Below are positions 44,465 through 54,660 of a stretch of DNA of 64,000 bases, piece after piece. The translations under genes were made by a program, and so were the position numbers. The first letter of the stretch is position 1, and the number at the start of each line of letters is the position of its first letter. This stretch comes from an uncultured Planctomycetota bacterium (lineage in GTDB: Bacteria > Planctomycetota > Planctomycetia > Isosphaerales > Isosphaeraceae), in the NCBI GenBank assembly GCA_963845755.1, contig CAWJTV010000029.1:128001-192000 (forward strand). The letters are read 5' to 3'. The notes beneath the pieces are model-generated. The model searched no databases. It was not told the origin of the DNA and worked only from the letters and a program-made list of their open reading frames with translations.

Positions 44465-45067
44465 TCATTCGTCCTGGAAGTGTTCGCCGTTCAGGGCGCC
44501 CTGGAGCAGCAGGCGGGCCGAGGCCCATCGCCGCTGGACGGTCTTGGTCGCCACCCCCAGGACTTCGGCCGCCTGGGCATGGGTCATCCCCTGATACCAG
44601 AGCAGGCCGAACACCTCACGCTCCTCCACGGGCAACCGATCCACCGCCTCATGGAAGGTCATCCAACCCTCCAGCGTCTCGGGCCGACCCGAGCCGTCGC
44701 TCACCTGGGCGAGACGGCCGCCGGGATCGGTGCCGTCGGTGTGATGGTTGGCTCCGAGACCTTCGGGGCCGTAGTGACTGCGAGCCAGGTCGATCAACTC
44801 CCGGCGGAACTGGGTCGCCGCCAGGTTATCGAAGTGACGGACCGTCTCGGGCCGGACTTCGGCCAGGCTCCGATGCAGCCGATTCAAGGCGGCGTTGAGC
44901 AGGTCGTCGGTCTGCTCCCAACGCCGGAGGTGTGGGTGACGCCGAAGCATGGCACGAGCCAGCGTCGTGAACCGAGATTGGGCGAGGCGGATCAGGCTGT
45001 CCCTGGCCGAGGCGTCTCCGGCCCGATGGCGTCCGAGCAGGTCGTCCGCTTCGCGAGTCTGATCCAT
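44465..45067 (-). CDS. ECF sigma factor (kinase-associated type)
   Basis: Sigma2 region with EQTDDLL; sigma4 LPVEEREVF.L..YQGMTHAQAAEVLGV...V..RW; immediately upstream of the kinase. Confidence 0.9.
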   Translation of the reverse strand: MDQTREADDLLGRHRAGDASARDSLIRLAQSRFTTLARAMLRRHPHLRRWEQTDDLLNAALNRLHRSLAEVRPETVRHFDNLAATQFRRELIDLARSHYGPEGLGANHHTDGTDPGGRLAQVSDGSGRPETLEGWMTFHEAVDRLPVEEREVFGLLWYQGMTHAQAAEVLGVATKTVQRRWASARLLLQGALNGEHFQDE

Positions 45068-45295
45068 GGCCCTCTTGCCCTCGTGAGTGCTCCCGACCTG
45101 CGGAACACTCTCATCTTACCGGCCCGTCCAACGGACGGCAGCCCCTACGTCTTCAACCTCCTTCCGCCATGAGACTTGCACGAAGTCCGGCCCCGTTTGT
45201 TTTCGGATTCTCGGAAGGCTCTGTCCACCGACGGCAGTGGCTCTCGCACTCTCTCTCAGGGCGGTCGCTCTTGATCATCGCCCGGAACCAGAATC

Positions 45296-45727
45296 CTGAC
45301 GCGGCCTTCGGCCGCAACCCCATCGGGATTCCGGATTCGCGATTCCGGATTCCCGAAGGGGATTGATCCGGGATTCCGGAATCGCGAATCCGGAATTCGG
45401 AATCCCCAGAGGCGCACGGCGCAGGGAGCCTACGGAGGAAGACGCTGACGCGGCCTGCGGCCGCAACCCCATCGGGATTCCCGAAGGGGAATGATCCGGG
45501 AGTCCGGAATCTCGAATCCGGAATTCGGAATCCCCAGAGGTGCGCAGGGCGCAGGGAGCCTACGGAGGAAGACGCTGACGCGGCCTGCGGCCGCAACCCC
45601 ATCGGGATTCCCGATTCACGATTCCGGATTCCCGAAGGGGATTGATCCGGGAGTCCGGAATCTCGAATCCGGAATTCGGAATCTCCAGGATGCGCGCACG
45701 GCAGCAGGGATCCTTCGGTGGAAGACT
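45296..45727 (+). repeat. Three head-to-tail copies of the ~150-bp element (starts 45296, 45445, 45575)
   Basis: Each unit begins CTGACGCGGCC and ends GGAAGAC; unit 2 lacks three heptamers. Confidence 0.9.
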
Positions 45728-45758
45728 CCAAGTAACCAAAACGGAAAGGAAGTGCGTC

Positions 45759-46082
45759 ATGGCCAAAGAGATCAGGTCTTCGGAATGGGAAGCCGAGGTC
45801 GTCCAGTCTGCCGTGCCGGTCCTGGTGGACGTATTCGGAACCTATTGCCCGCCGTGTCGGGCGCTGGCTCCGACGCTCGACAAGCTCGCCTCGGAATACG
45901 AGGGCCGTGCCAAGGTGGTGAAGCTGGACGTGGAGTCCGACCGGGAGCTTGCCGGTGGTCTGCATGTCACCTCGGTCCCGACCGTGATCGCCTTTCGTGA
46001 CGGCAAGGAGGTGGACCGTCTCGTCGGCCTTCGACCTGAAGGGGCTTACCGCAAGCTCCTCGTGGAAGCCGGCGTCTCTTGA
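45759..46082 (+). CDS. Thioredoxin (YCPPC)
   Basis: PVLVDVFGTYCPPCR, VVKLDV and VPT motifs. Confidence 0.9.
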   Translation: MAKEIRSSEWEAEVVQSAVPVLVDVFGTYCPPCRALAPTLDKLASEYEGRAKVVKLDVESDRELAGGLHVTSVPTVIAFRDGKEVDRLVGLRPEGAYRKLLVEAGVS

Positions 46083-46396
46083 GGAAGGAGAACCGAGCTG
46101 TCGTTTTCTCTCGTTCTCCCTCGGGCAATCCTCGACCGCCTCTTCGCTTGGCGGCCACGGGGGGAGACGACTGTGGTCCTCGCCGCTTTGCCAGGAGAAA
46201 AATGGGGGGAGAACGGGGGCAGGCCAATCGCGCGGGATGGAGAGGGGAGCGGCTTCAGGACCCGCCTTCCTTTCCTCATGAGGTCGTGAAGTCCGGACTC
46301 GCTCCTTTCCTTTCTCGCCTGTGGGGCCGGGATCTCGACGGCAATCCGTGGACCGCCGCCGAGAGATGAGGGTCCGGCCTCGCCAAGCGACTTTCC

Positions 46397-47638
46397 TCAG
46401 GCCCTGGGCTCGAGTGCCTTCACGTGGTCCCACTTCGCGCCGAGGACGGCCTTGCTGTCGCAGCCGAGCCAGTCGTCGAGCAGGGTCGCGTAGAGCCGGC
46501 GGAAGTCGGTGTGGAACTTCAGGTCGTCGGCGTCGAGGTCGGACAGGCTGGGGTGCTTGCCGACGACGCCGCCCTGGACCGACGGCCCGGCCACGAACAG
46601 GCACGAGGCGGCGCCGTGGTCGGTGCCTCGGCTGTTGTTCTCCTTCACGCGCCGGCCGAACTCCGAGAAGGTCATCAGCCGCACCCGGCGATCGTGACCA
46701 GTGGCCTTCAGCGCCTGGAAGAACGCGCCGACGGAGTCGGCCAGCTCGGCCAGGAGGTTGTTGTGCGTGACGCCCTGGAAGGAGTGCGTATCGAAGCCGT
46801 CGAGGCCGACGTAGAAGATGCGCGTGCCGAAACCCTTGGCGACCAGGCCTGCGATCAGTTGAAGCTTCTGGCCGAGGCCATTGCCCTGCCGCGATACGGC
46901 ATTGGGTCCCTCCAGCAACTCGCGCAGTTGCTCGACCGCCGTCAGCGTCTGCACCTGCTGTCGCTGCACGAACGAGACCAGTTCGTTTTCTCCGGCCTTC
47001 CCGGTCGGTGCCGCCAACTCGTCCAGCAGCCGGCGTCGCGCCTTCTGCTGCGCCGCCTGGCCACCACCCAGCTCGAGGTGGAAGGAGTCCTTGCTGTTGA
47101 CAGTGACCGCCCCACCCCCCGGCGCCCCGGTCACGGCGAGCGGCAGGCGGCTTTGGCCGATGTGGAGGATGGGCACCCCGCCCGAGTAGTCGCCCCTCGC
47201 GACCGCCGCCCGGCCCAGCCAGCCGTTCGCAATCCCCCCTCGAGGATCGGCCGACTGCCAGATGTCCATGGACTCGAAGTGCGAGCGCTGCGGGTTCGGG
47301 TAGCCGACGCCCTGCACGACCGCCAACTGCCCCTGATCCCACATCGGTCGGAAGCCCCGCATCCCGGGGTGCAGCCCGACGTGGTCGTCCAGGCGAATGA
47401 CGTCGTTCTTGGCCTGGCGGAGCGTGGGCCGAGCCTTGTGGTACAGGTCGTCGGCGTAGGGGATGACGGTGTTAAGACCGTCATTCCCGCCGGTCATTTC
47501 CAGCACAACCAGGATATTGTCCTTGCCGGGCGCGGCCGCGTGGGCCGTCCGGGCCACGAATTGCGGGACCATTGCGTTCAGGGCCACCAGCGACGAGCCC
47601 TGGAGCGCGTGAGTCAGGAACTGACGGCGATGGAACAT
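46397..47638 (-). CDS. DUF1501 family Tat-exported protein
   Basis: RRQFL, GGNDGLNTV, RSHF, GFDTH, FSEFGRR and GTDHG motifs. Confidence 0.92.
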   Translation of the reverse strand: MFHRRQFLTHALQGSSLVALNAMVPQFVARTAHAAAPGKDNILVVLEMTGGNDGLNTVIPYADDLYHKARPTLRQAKNDVIRLDDHVGLHPGMRGFRPMWDQGQLAVVQGVGYPNPQRSHFESMDIWQSADPRGGIANGWLGRAAVARGDYSGGVPILHIGQSRLPLAVTGAPGGGAVTVNSKDSFHLELGGGQAAQQKARRRLLDELAAPTGKAGENELVSFVQRQQVQTLTAVEQLRELLEGPNAVSRQGNGLGQKLQLIAGLVAKGFGTRIFYVGLDGFDTHSFQGVTHNNLLAELADSVGAFFQALKATGHDRRVRLMTFSEFGRRVKENNSRGTDHGAASCLFVAGPSVQGGVVGKHPSLSDLDADDLKFHTDFRRLYATLLDDWLGCDSKAVLGAKWDHVKALEPRA

Positions 47639-47671
47639 GGGCGGTACTCCGTGGGGGACGATGGAAAATGG

Positions 47672-49211
47672 CTACGCCAGTTGATACTCCGCCATCGTCA
47701 GGATGGCGTGGACGGCTTCGCGCACCCGACGATCGAGGGCGGCGCCAGCGGGCTTGCCCCGGGCCATGAAGGCCACGAGCTTCGCCCGCACCTCGGCGGC
47801 GGGCGGCGCCGGGAAGATACAGATCCAGGAGCGAGCGGACGATGTCCTCGGGACGGCTCACGCCATCCTCTTGGAGCAACCGGGCCGGGTCGAAGGCCCT
47901 CGGCGGCGCCGGCTCCTCGGGTGTGTTGCGAGTCCCCATCAAGCGGGCGATCTCGCGAACAATGGGCCCCTGGCTCCGAGAGGCGGTCACAACCCTGTCG
48001 GCCGGCTCCGACGACGCGGGGTGCCAGAGCGTCCCCATCGCCAGGTCTTCGGCGAAGTTGTCGCGCTCCAGCAGCGTGAAGGTGTTCAGCCAGGATGAGC
48101 CTCCCGGCCAGCCCTTCACGTTGGGCGGTGCGAACAGCGCTTGACCCATCGCGTCGATCGGGCCTATCAGCGCCTGCTGCGGCATCGGCCGGTAGTCCGC
48201 TTCCTCTTCGCCATATCGCCGATAGACCGCCTGCACCGCCCCCAGCACGTATTCGACCGGTCCCTTGATCTTCTGGAGGAGGGCATGGCTCGAGTAGAAG
48301 TGCCGCGAGGCCAGGATGGTCCGGACCAGCGCGGCGATGTCGTAGTCGCTTGCGCGGAATGACTCGCAGAGCGGCTCGAGGAGGGAGTCGGACGGGCTGG
48401 TCCTCTCGCTGACGAGGAAGCGGTAGAGCTTGCGGACCAGGAAGCGCGCCACCGCCGGCTGCTCCAGCACGATGCGCACCACATCGACGCCGTCCCAGTT
48501 GCCGGTTTTCCCAAGGACATTCTTGGACCCACCGTCGTGCAAGCGGGCGTCGAACAGGAAGCGCTCGCCGTCGGTGCGCCAGCCGGTGAAGGCGCGGGCG
48601 GCCTCGCGGATATCCGTCTCGGTGTAGCGGCCGACGCCCAGGCTGAACAGCTCCATCAGCTCGCGGGCGTAGTTCTCATTCGGCCGGCCCTTGGTATTGG
48701 TGTTGGAGTCGAGCCAGAGGAGCATGGCCGGGTCCTTGCTCATGGCTTGCAGGAACGGGCCGAACCGCCCGAGAGCGTGCTGCCGGATCAGGCCGTTCTG
48801 GCGGAGCATGAGGGCCGGGAAGAGCACCTTGGCGAGGCTCGTGGCGAAGTGGTCGTGCCAGAACAGGGTCATCTTCTCGCGCAGCGGGTGCCCACCCTGG
48901 AGCATCCGGTACAGCCACCAGCCTCGGAGCAGATCGCCGCTATCATCGCGCTCCGCGGCGATGCGGCCGACTTCCATCAGGGTCTCCTCGACCTCCTCGA
49001 CATCGGGCCGCCCGTGGAGCAGCCGATCGAGCGTGCCCTCGAAGCCGAGGCGCTCGGCTTCGAGGAGGTCCTCGCGGCTGGGGCCGAAGCCCGCGCGGCG
49101 GTAGAGATGGGCCGCCCACTTGCGTCCCCATGGGTCGTCGGTGGTGGGCTGCCAGGGCTGCCAGGCCTGGGCGGGATCGACCTGGTCCGGCTTCGCGAAC
49201 GTCATGGCCAT
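47672..49211 (-). CDS. DUF1800 family protein; frameshift near 47800
   Basis: AHLYRRAGFG, EKMTLFWHDHF, NENYARELMELFSLG and PPNVKGW motifs; C-terminus EYQLA in the alternate frame. Confidence 0.9.
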
Positions 49212-49243
49212 GTGGCACCTCGGTTGCACGGGATCAGGAACAA

Positions 49244-50634
49244 TCACCTCGAAATCATCACCTCGTAATGGACCTTGCATCTCGCCTTGCTCCCCTCGCC
49301 CGAGCACGATTCGCCGCGAAGGTGGGCGGTGGTCCCCTCGACCGTGTAGTCGAAGGGTTTGCCGCTGAACGGGTCCACGGGCAAGGGTACGGGGATGTCG
49401 GACAGCCTTGCGGGCAGCTTGCCGCCGTGTCCCGCCGCGTAGAGGCGCAGTGCCTCGACGTGCCGTAGCAGGGCGATTTGCCGCTCCAACTGACCTCTTG
49501 CCCGGCAGAGCTTGGTGATTTGGGGTAGGAAGTCCGCGAACAGCCCGTTCCCGCTTCGTTCCCCCTCCACGCCGCCGGCCAGGGAGTCGACCTGCCAGAG
49601 CGGCAAGGACAGGAGCTTGGTGCGCTCGTCCCGCTGGACCTCGAACTCGAGTTTCTCGCCCAGCAGGATGAGCTGCGAGGGCGGGAACCGGCGGACCAGG
49701 CTCTCGGCATAACCCGCGTCGATGAGGCGACGTTGAGTGTCGCGGATCCGATCCGCGTCCCTGGCGAGGGCCTGCAACCGGCCTTGCAACTGGCCCCGAA
49801 TGTTGCGAGGCGCCTTGCCCTCCTGTTCGCGATGGAAACTCAGCATGGCCGCCAGATGGCTCACGAGGTGATCGACGTCGGATTCCGTCATCGGAGCGTC
49901 ATCTCGGAGTCCCTTCAGCTCGCCCGCGACCAGGGCGCGGCCCGCCTGAACGCCCTTGCGCAGATCCACCGGGGGGCAGGGCAGATCGGTCAGCGCCCAG
50001 TAGAGGTTGGGGCTACCGGGCTGTTGCACCATCTCCTCCAGGCCGCCGAGGGTGAGGTGCGCGACCCACAATCCGACGAGATTCGCGACCTCGGTGCCGT
50101 GTTCGCCCAGGTGCCGGGACAGGGCGAACAGCGTCTTGGCGGTGCGGATCGCGTCGTCGAACCGGCGCCCGGCCACCTCGGCACGGAACCGGACCTGGAG
50201 CGCGGCCCCCAGGACCTGGAGCTGCCCCAGCTCCCCGGGGACGTCTCCCATGTCTCCGCCCCGGCTGGACTGAAGGTACTGCCAGTCGACGGCATCCAGC
50301 CGGGCCGCCCAGTCGGCATGGCGGATGCGCCGAGCCGCCGTACCCCTTGAGCTGGCCCGCCGGCAGCTCGGCCAGCGGCATCGCCAGGAAGCGGGCGCGC
50401 TCGGCGACGGCCTCCCTGCCGAAGAAGAAGTCTCGCTGTTCCATGAAGCACAGCAGATAACCCTGGGCGGCGTTGCCGGGGCTCAGCTCCGCCGATTCCG
50501 GCAAGAGCTGATACCGGAGGCGCAGGCTTCGGGGCCGGCATCGGCCGCACGGTGAAACGGACCGCCGCCTCGTCGGCCCGGGAATTCGGGGGTGCCGCGG
50601 CCAGTAACACGGCGGCGAGCAGGAAACGAGTCAT
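49244..50634 (-). CDS. Exported alpha-helical hypothetical protein, paralog 3 of 3; frameshifts near 50520 and 50325
   Basis: Shares PNLYWALT and QIALLRHVEALRLYAA...DPF.GKPF.Y with its two neighbours. Confidence 0.75.
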
Positions 50635-50695
50635 TGTGGAATCCTCCCGGCGACAAGAGAACAGGAAGGAGGCGCGTGGTGGCTCGACCACTTCC

Positions 50696-52087
50696 TCATT
50701 TCTGAAGGGTGACCTCGTAATGGACCCGGAAAGCGGGATCGTTTTCCACGCCCGGAGGCGGGCTGCCCCGAAGGTGGGCGGTCTCGCCGACGACCTCATA
50801 GCGGAACGGTTTACCGGTGAACGGGTCGTCAGGCAACGGTACAGGGATCGCGGACAGGCTCGCGGGCCATGCGCCCTTGTGCCCCGCGGCATAGAGCCGC
50901 AGCGCCTCGACGTGCCGCAAGAGCGCGATCCGCTGCTCCAGCCGCCCCTGCGCCCGGCGCACGGTGGCAAAGGCCGGCATCAGGTAATCGGCGAACAGCG
51001 CCGGCTCCTTGTTCGAGGGCATTCCGGCGGTCTCTGCCTCGTATTGCCAGGCCGGAAAGGTGATGGCCTTCATGAGATCGTCGAAACGCACCTCGAATTC
51101 CCGCTTTTCATCGAGCAGGATCACCTGGCTTGCGGGGAAGCGAAGTAAGTTTTCTTCCGGGAGGCTGTGCTCGACGAGGCGGCGGCGGGCGGCCCGGACG
51201 ACCGCCTCGTCCTTGGTCCTCGCGTCCAGCCACCCCCGCACGCCCTCGCCCTCCTTGGCGGGTTTTCCAACTCCGAACAGCACATCTTTGTGCTCGATGA
51301 ATTCCTGGATCTGTTCCGCGCTCATTGGGGACCTGTCGTCCAGGTCGCGGAACACCCAGCAGACGATCGACAACCGATCGCCGGCCGCACCCTTGTCCAG
51401 GCGGACCAGAGGGTCGGGTAGGTTCGTCAACGCCCAGTAGAGGTTGGGGCTCCCCGGTTGCTCCAGCATCTCCTCCATCGGGCCGATGGCGTTGTACGCA
51501 ACCGCGATGCCCACCATGTTGCCGACGAACGTCGGGTGCTCGCCCAGGTGGCGCGACATGGCGAACAGCGTCTTGGCGGTGCGGATCGCGTCGTCGAACC
51601 GGCCCAGCGCCACCTCGGCCCGGAACCGCACCTTCAGGGCGGCGGCCACGGGCCGGAGCTGCGCCACGTCGGGGATCAACGCGCCGATGCCGTCGACTTT
51701 CAACTTCGTGAGGATCTGCCAGTCGGGAGCTTCGAGCCGGGCCGCCCGATCGGCCTGGCGCAGCGCGACTTGACCGTGAACTTGGAGCCCCTGCACGGCC
51801 AGATCCTTGAGCGGCATGGCCAGCAGGTCCTCGCGGCGCTCGAGGGCCTCCATGTCGAGGAAGAATCCCTGGTGCTCCACGGAACACCTCATGTAATTCG
51901 GGATGGGGTTGCCGGGACTCATCTCCCCGAGCTCGGGGAGGAGCTGGTATCGCAGCGCCGGCCTGGGGGCCGGCGCCGCTGTGACGATCAACCGGATCAG
52001 GGTTTCCGGTGCCGGGCTGGTCGAGTTGGCCCGGCATGACAGCGCGAGGATCGCCATCGCGGCGCAACCGAGGAAAGTTCGGGACAC
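50696..52087 (-). CDS. Exported alpha-helical hypothetical protein, paralog 2 of 3
   Basis: Signal peptide; PALRYQLLP, PGNPI, DWQ, PNLYWALTNLP and RHVEALRLYAA motifs. Confidence 0.85.
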   Translation of the reverse strand: MSRTFLGCAAMAILALSCRANSTSPAPETLIRLIVTAAPAPRPALRYQLLPELGEMSPGNPIPNYMRCSVEHQGFFLDMEALERREDLLAMPLKDLAVQGLQVHGQVALRQADRAARLEAPDWQILTKLKVDGIGALIPDVAQLRPVAAALKVRFRAEVALGRFDDAIRTAKTLFAMSRHLGEHPTFVGNMVGIAVAYNAIGPMEEMLEQPGSPNLYWALTNLPDPLVRLDKGAAGDRLSIVCWVFRDLDDRSPMSAEQIQEFIEHKDVLFGVGKPAKEGEGVRGWLDARTKDEAVVRAARRRLVEHSLPEENLLRFPASQVILLDEKREFEVRFDDLMKAITFPAWQYEAETAGMPSNKEPALFADYLMPAFATVRRAQGRLEQRIALLRHVEALRLYAAGHKGAWPASLSAIPVPLPDDPFTGKPFRYEVVGETAHLRGSPPPGVENDPAFRVHYEVTLQK

Positions 52088-52165
52088 GGGATCGCTCCTG
52101 GCAAGCAGAAACGGACAGGTTCACACCCTGGAACCTGGGAAGAGGTCGCCCCTCTCTCCATCGGG

Positions 52166-52196
52166 GACAATTGTAAGATGTCTCTGACAATTGTCA
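52166..52196. promoter_or_regulatory. Tandem palindromic boxes GACAATTGTA and TGACAATTGTCA, 20 bp apart
   Basis: Seen directly in the intergenic gap upstream of paralog 2. Confidence 0.5.
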
Positions 52197-52200
52197 ATGA

Positions 52201-53592
52201 TCACTTCCGGAGGATCACTTCGTAATGGAGGTTGAAGCTCGGGTTCTTTGCTTCGGCCGAGGGCGGAGTGCCGCGCAGATGAGCCGTGTTGCCGGTGATC
52301 TCGTAGCGGAACGGCTTGCCCGTGAATGGATCGTCGGGCAGCGGCACCATGACGTCAGACAGCTTCGCGGGGAGTGAGCCGCCGTGCTCGGCCGCATAGA
52401 GGCGCAGGGCCTCGACGTGTCGCAGCAGGGCGATCCGCTGGTCCAGCCGTGTCCGCATCCGGACGGTCGGGCCGACCGCCGGGACGAACTCGTCGATGAG
52501 GGTTGGCAGATCGTCGGGTGGCTTGTGCCCGTTGGTCACCATCTCGGCCTGCCAGACGGGCAGGTTGGTGGTCTTAATGACGTCGTCGAAGCGGACCTCG
52601 AGCCCCCGCTTCATGTCGAGCAGGAGCACCTGCTCGGCCGGGAACCGTCGGACCAGTACCTCCGACAGGCCGACCTCCACAAGGCGGCGGCGTGCGGCCA
52701 CGACCCTCCCCTCGTCCTTGGTCCGCGCGCCCAGCCACGCCCGCAGGCCCTCGGTGAGCTTGCGAGGAAGTTCATATTTGAAGAGCTTGTCCAGATCCGC
52801 GATGAACCTGTCGAGTCGGTCCGGGGACATGGGGGTGCCGTCGTCCAGGTCGCGGAAGATCCATTGGATCACCCCAATCCGCTCACCTTGCATCGCCGTT
52901 TCCAGGGAGACCAGGGGGTTGGGCAGGTTCGTCAGCGCCCAGTAGAGATTGGGGCAGCTCGGCTGTTCCAACATCTCCTCCAGCGGGCCGAGGGCGAGGT
53001 TGGCGAACGCGACACCAAACAGGTTGCCAAGGAACGTCGGGTGCTCGCCCAGGTGGCGCGACATGGCGAACATGGTCTTGGCCGTTCGGAGGGCGTCGTC
53101 GAAGCGGCCCAGGGCAACCTCGGCTCGCATGCGCACCTTGAGTGCACTGGCCAGGGATCGGAGCTGCCGCACGTCAGGGATCGGCACGTAGATCCCTTCG
53201 GCCTTCATTTTCAGCAGGATCTGCCAATCGGGGTTGTCGAGCCGGGCCGCCCAGTCGGCCTGCTTCAGCGCGAGGCCGCCATAATCGTTCAGCTCCCGCG
53301 CGGGCAGTTCCTTGAGCGGCATGACCAGCAGCTTCTCGCGGCGTTGGAATGACTCCTTGTCGAAGAAGAATTTCTGCTCCTCCATGAAACACTTCAAGTA
53401 ACCCTGGATGGGGTTGCCGGGATTCATCTCCTTGAGCTGGGGCAGGAGCATGTAACGGAGGGCCGGCGTGGGGAGGGCCGCCGGATCGACGGTCAGCCGG
53501 ATCAATGTCTCTCCCTCAGAGGTCGCTTGATCGGCCCGGCAAGGGAGGGCGAAGGCGGCCAGTGCGGCGCAGGCAAAGACGGTTCGGACCAC
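52201..53592 (-). CDS. Exported alpha-helical hypothetical protein, paralog 1 of 3
   Basis: Same motifs as its neighbours; GTG start after a GAGGAG RBS. Confidence 0.85.
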   Translation of the reverse strand: MVRTVFACAALAAFALPCRADQATSEGETLIRLTVDPAALPTPALRYMLLPQLKEMNPGNPIQGYLKCFMEEQKFFFDKESFQRREKLLVMPLKELPARELNDYGGLALKQADWAARLDNPDWQILLKMKAEGIYVPIPDVRQLRSLASALKVRMRAEVALGRFDDALRTAKTMFAMSRHLGEHPTFLGNLFGVAFANLALGPLEEMLEQPSCPNLYWALTNLPNPLVSLETAMQGERIGVIQWIFRDLDDGTPMSPDRLDRFIADLDKLFKYELPRKLTEGLRAWLGARTKDEGRVVAARRRLVEVGLSEVLVRRFPAEQVLLLDMKRGLEVRFDDVIKTTNLPVWQAEMVTNGHKPPDDLPTLIDEFVPAVGPTVRMRTRLDQRIALLRHVEALRLYAAEHGGSLPAKLSDVMVPLPDDPFTGKPFRYEITGNTAHLRGTPPSAEAKNPSFNLHYEVILRK

Positions 53593-53635
53593 GGGATGAC
53601 TCCTCGTAGACAGAAGGAAAGGCGGTCGCAAGGGC

Positions 53636-54043
53636 TCAATTCAAGAGTGACGGGGGCGGCCGGAAGGCCCGCAGCGGCGGCTCACTATCGATGAACGTCA
53701 CATCGCCAGCGGGACGATCGTTGGAGTCCAACTCCAGCAAGCCGCGGCGGGCCGACCAGAGGCCGGGATCGGCCGTTGCGCCGGAGGCCGGAGGCTCGGG
53801 AGCCGCGGCCGGAGCCGGCACGCTCGCGATGGAGACGGTCGATCTCCCGACCGAAGGGCTCGCGTGGGGCCACAAGAGCGCCAGCGACAGCGCCTGGGTC
53901 CCGGCCAGCAGAGAGGCCAGCGTCATCCAGCCGCGGTTCGGGCGGGCGGAGGCGCGGCCGGCGGCGAACAGGAGGGCGTCGCGGTCCAGTCCGCCGGCAT
54001 CCGGCGTGAATCGGTTCAGGCGTTCGAGGATCGGTTCGGACAT
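53636..54043 (-). CDS. Small single-TM protein, candidate anti-sigma factor
   Basis: LERL..FTP..LDRDALLFAAGRAS followed by a TM segment; overlaps the ECF gene end. Confidence 0.65.
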   Translation of the reverse strand: MSEPILERLNRFTPDAGGLDRDALLFAAGRASARPNRGWMTLASLLAGTQALSLALLWPHASPSVGRSTVSIASVPAPAAAPEPPASGATADPGLWSARRGLLELDSNDRPAGDVTFIDSEPPLRAFRPPPSLLN

Positions 54044-54507
54044 GTTACCCCCAGTCGCTTGCGCAGGACCTCGACACCGGCGGTGTACCGCCGGAAGGCG
54101 GTGCTCGCCGAGCAACCGACGACCGCCGCGACCTGTTCGAAGCTCAGACCGCCCCAGTGATGGGCCACGATGACCTCGCGCTGCTCGGGAACGAGTCGTT
54201 CGAGGGCGGCCACGGCGGTTTCGGCATCGAGGCCGTCCACTTCGGGCTCGACGAACCATCGCACCGGCCGGGCGGACGCCGACTCGCGGCCTCGCCGCCG
54301 CCGGGCGATCTTGGCGACGTCGAGGGCGCCATTGCGAACCACGCGGTAGAGCCAGGCGACAACATCCTCCGGCGGCCTCCGCTGACGGACGAGCTTCAAG
54401 AACGCGTCCTGGACGGCGTCCTCGGGCGCGTCGCACCACTGCCGCGCGTACAGCACCAGCGGTGCGGCATGGGCGTCCATCAGTTGTGCGAAGTCTGAAG
54501 GACTCAT
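54016..54507 (-). CDS. ECF sigma factor
   Basis: LYARQW...EDAVQDAF...WLYRVVRN and L.PEQREVIV...WGGLSFEQVA motifs. Confidence 0.9.
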   Translation of the reverse strand: MSPSDFAQLMDAHAAPLVLYARQWCDAPEDAVQDAFLKLVRQRRPPEDVVAWLYRVVRNGALDVAKIARRRRGRESASARPVRWFVEPEVDGLDAETAVAALERLVPEQREVIVAHHWGGLSFEQVAAVVGCSASTAFRRYTAGVEVLRKRLGVTCPNRSSNA

Positions 54508-54598
54508 TTTCCTCTAAGACGACGCGGAGCCTCGGGCATTCCGCCCGATTCTCGGGACGTCGCGATTTCCTCCTCTCCCCCAAGCCCGGATTGACCCA

Positions 54599-54660
54599 GT
54601 AGGGTGGGTGCAACCCGCCGGCCGGATGTCCGGGTTCCGGTGGGTCGTAACCACAATACA
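54599..54660. repeat. Degenerate GTAG-type REP doublet
   Basis: GTAGGGTGGGTGCAACCCGCC ... GGTGGGTCGTAACCACAATAC imperfect inverted pair. Confidence 0.45.

Noticed and set aside
45296..45727. Possible CRISPR array
   Set aside because: Units are 130-150 bp and similar along their whole length, with no unique spacers and no cas genes.
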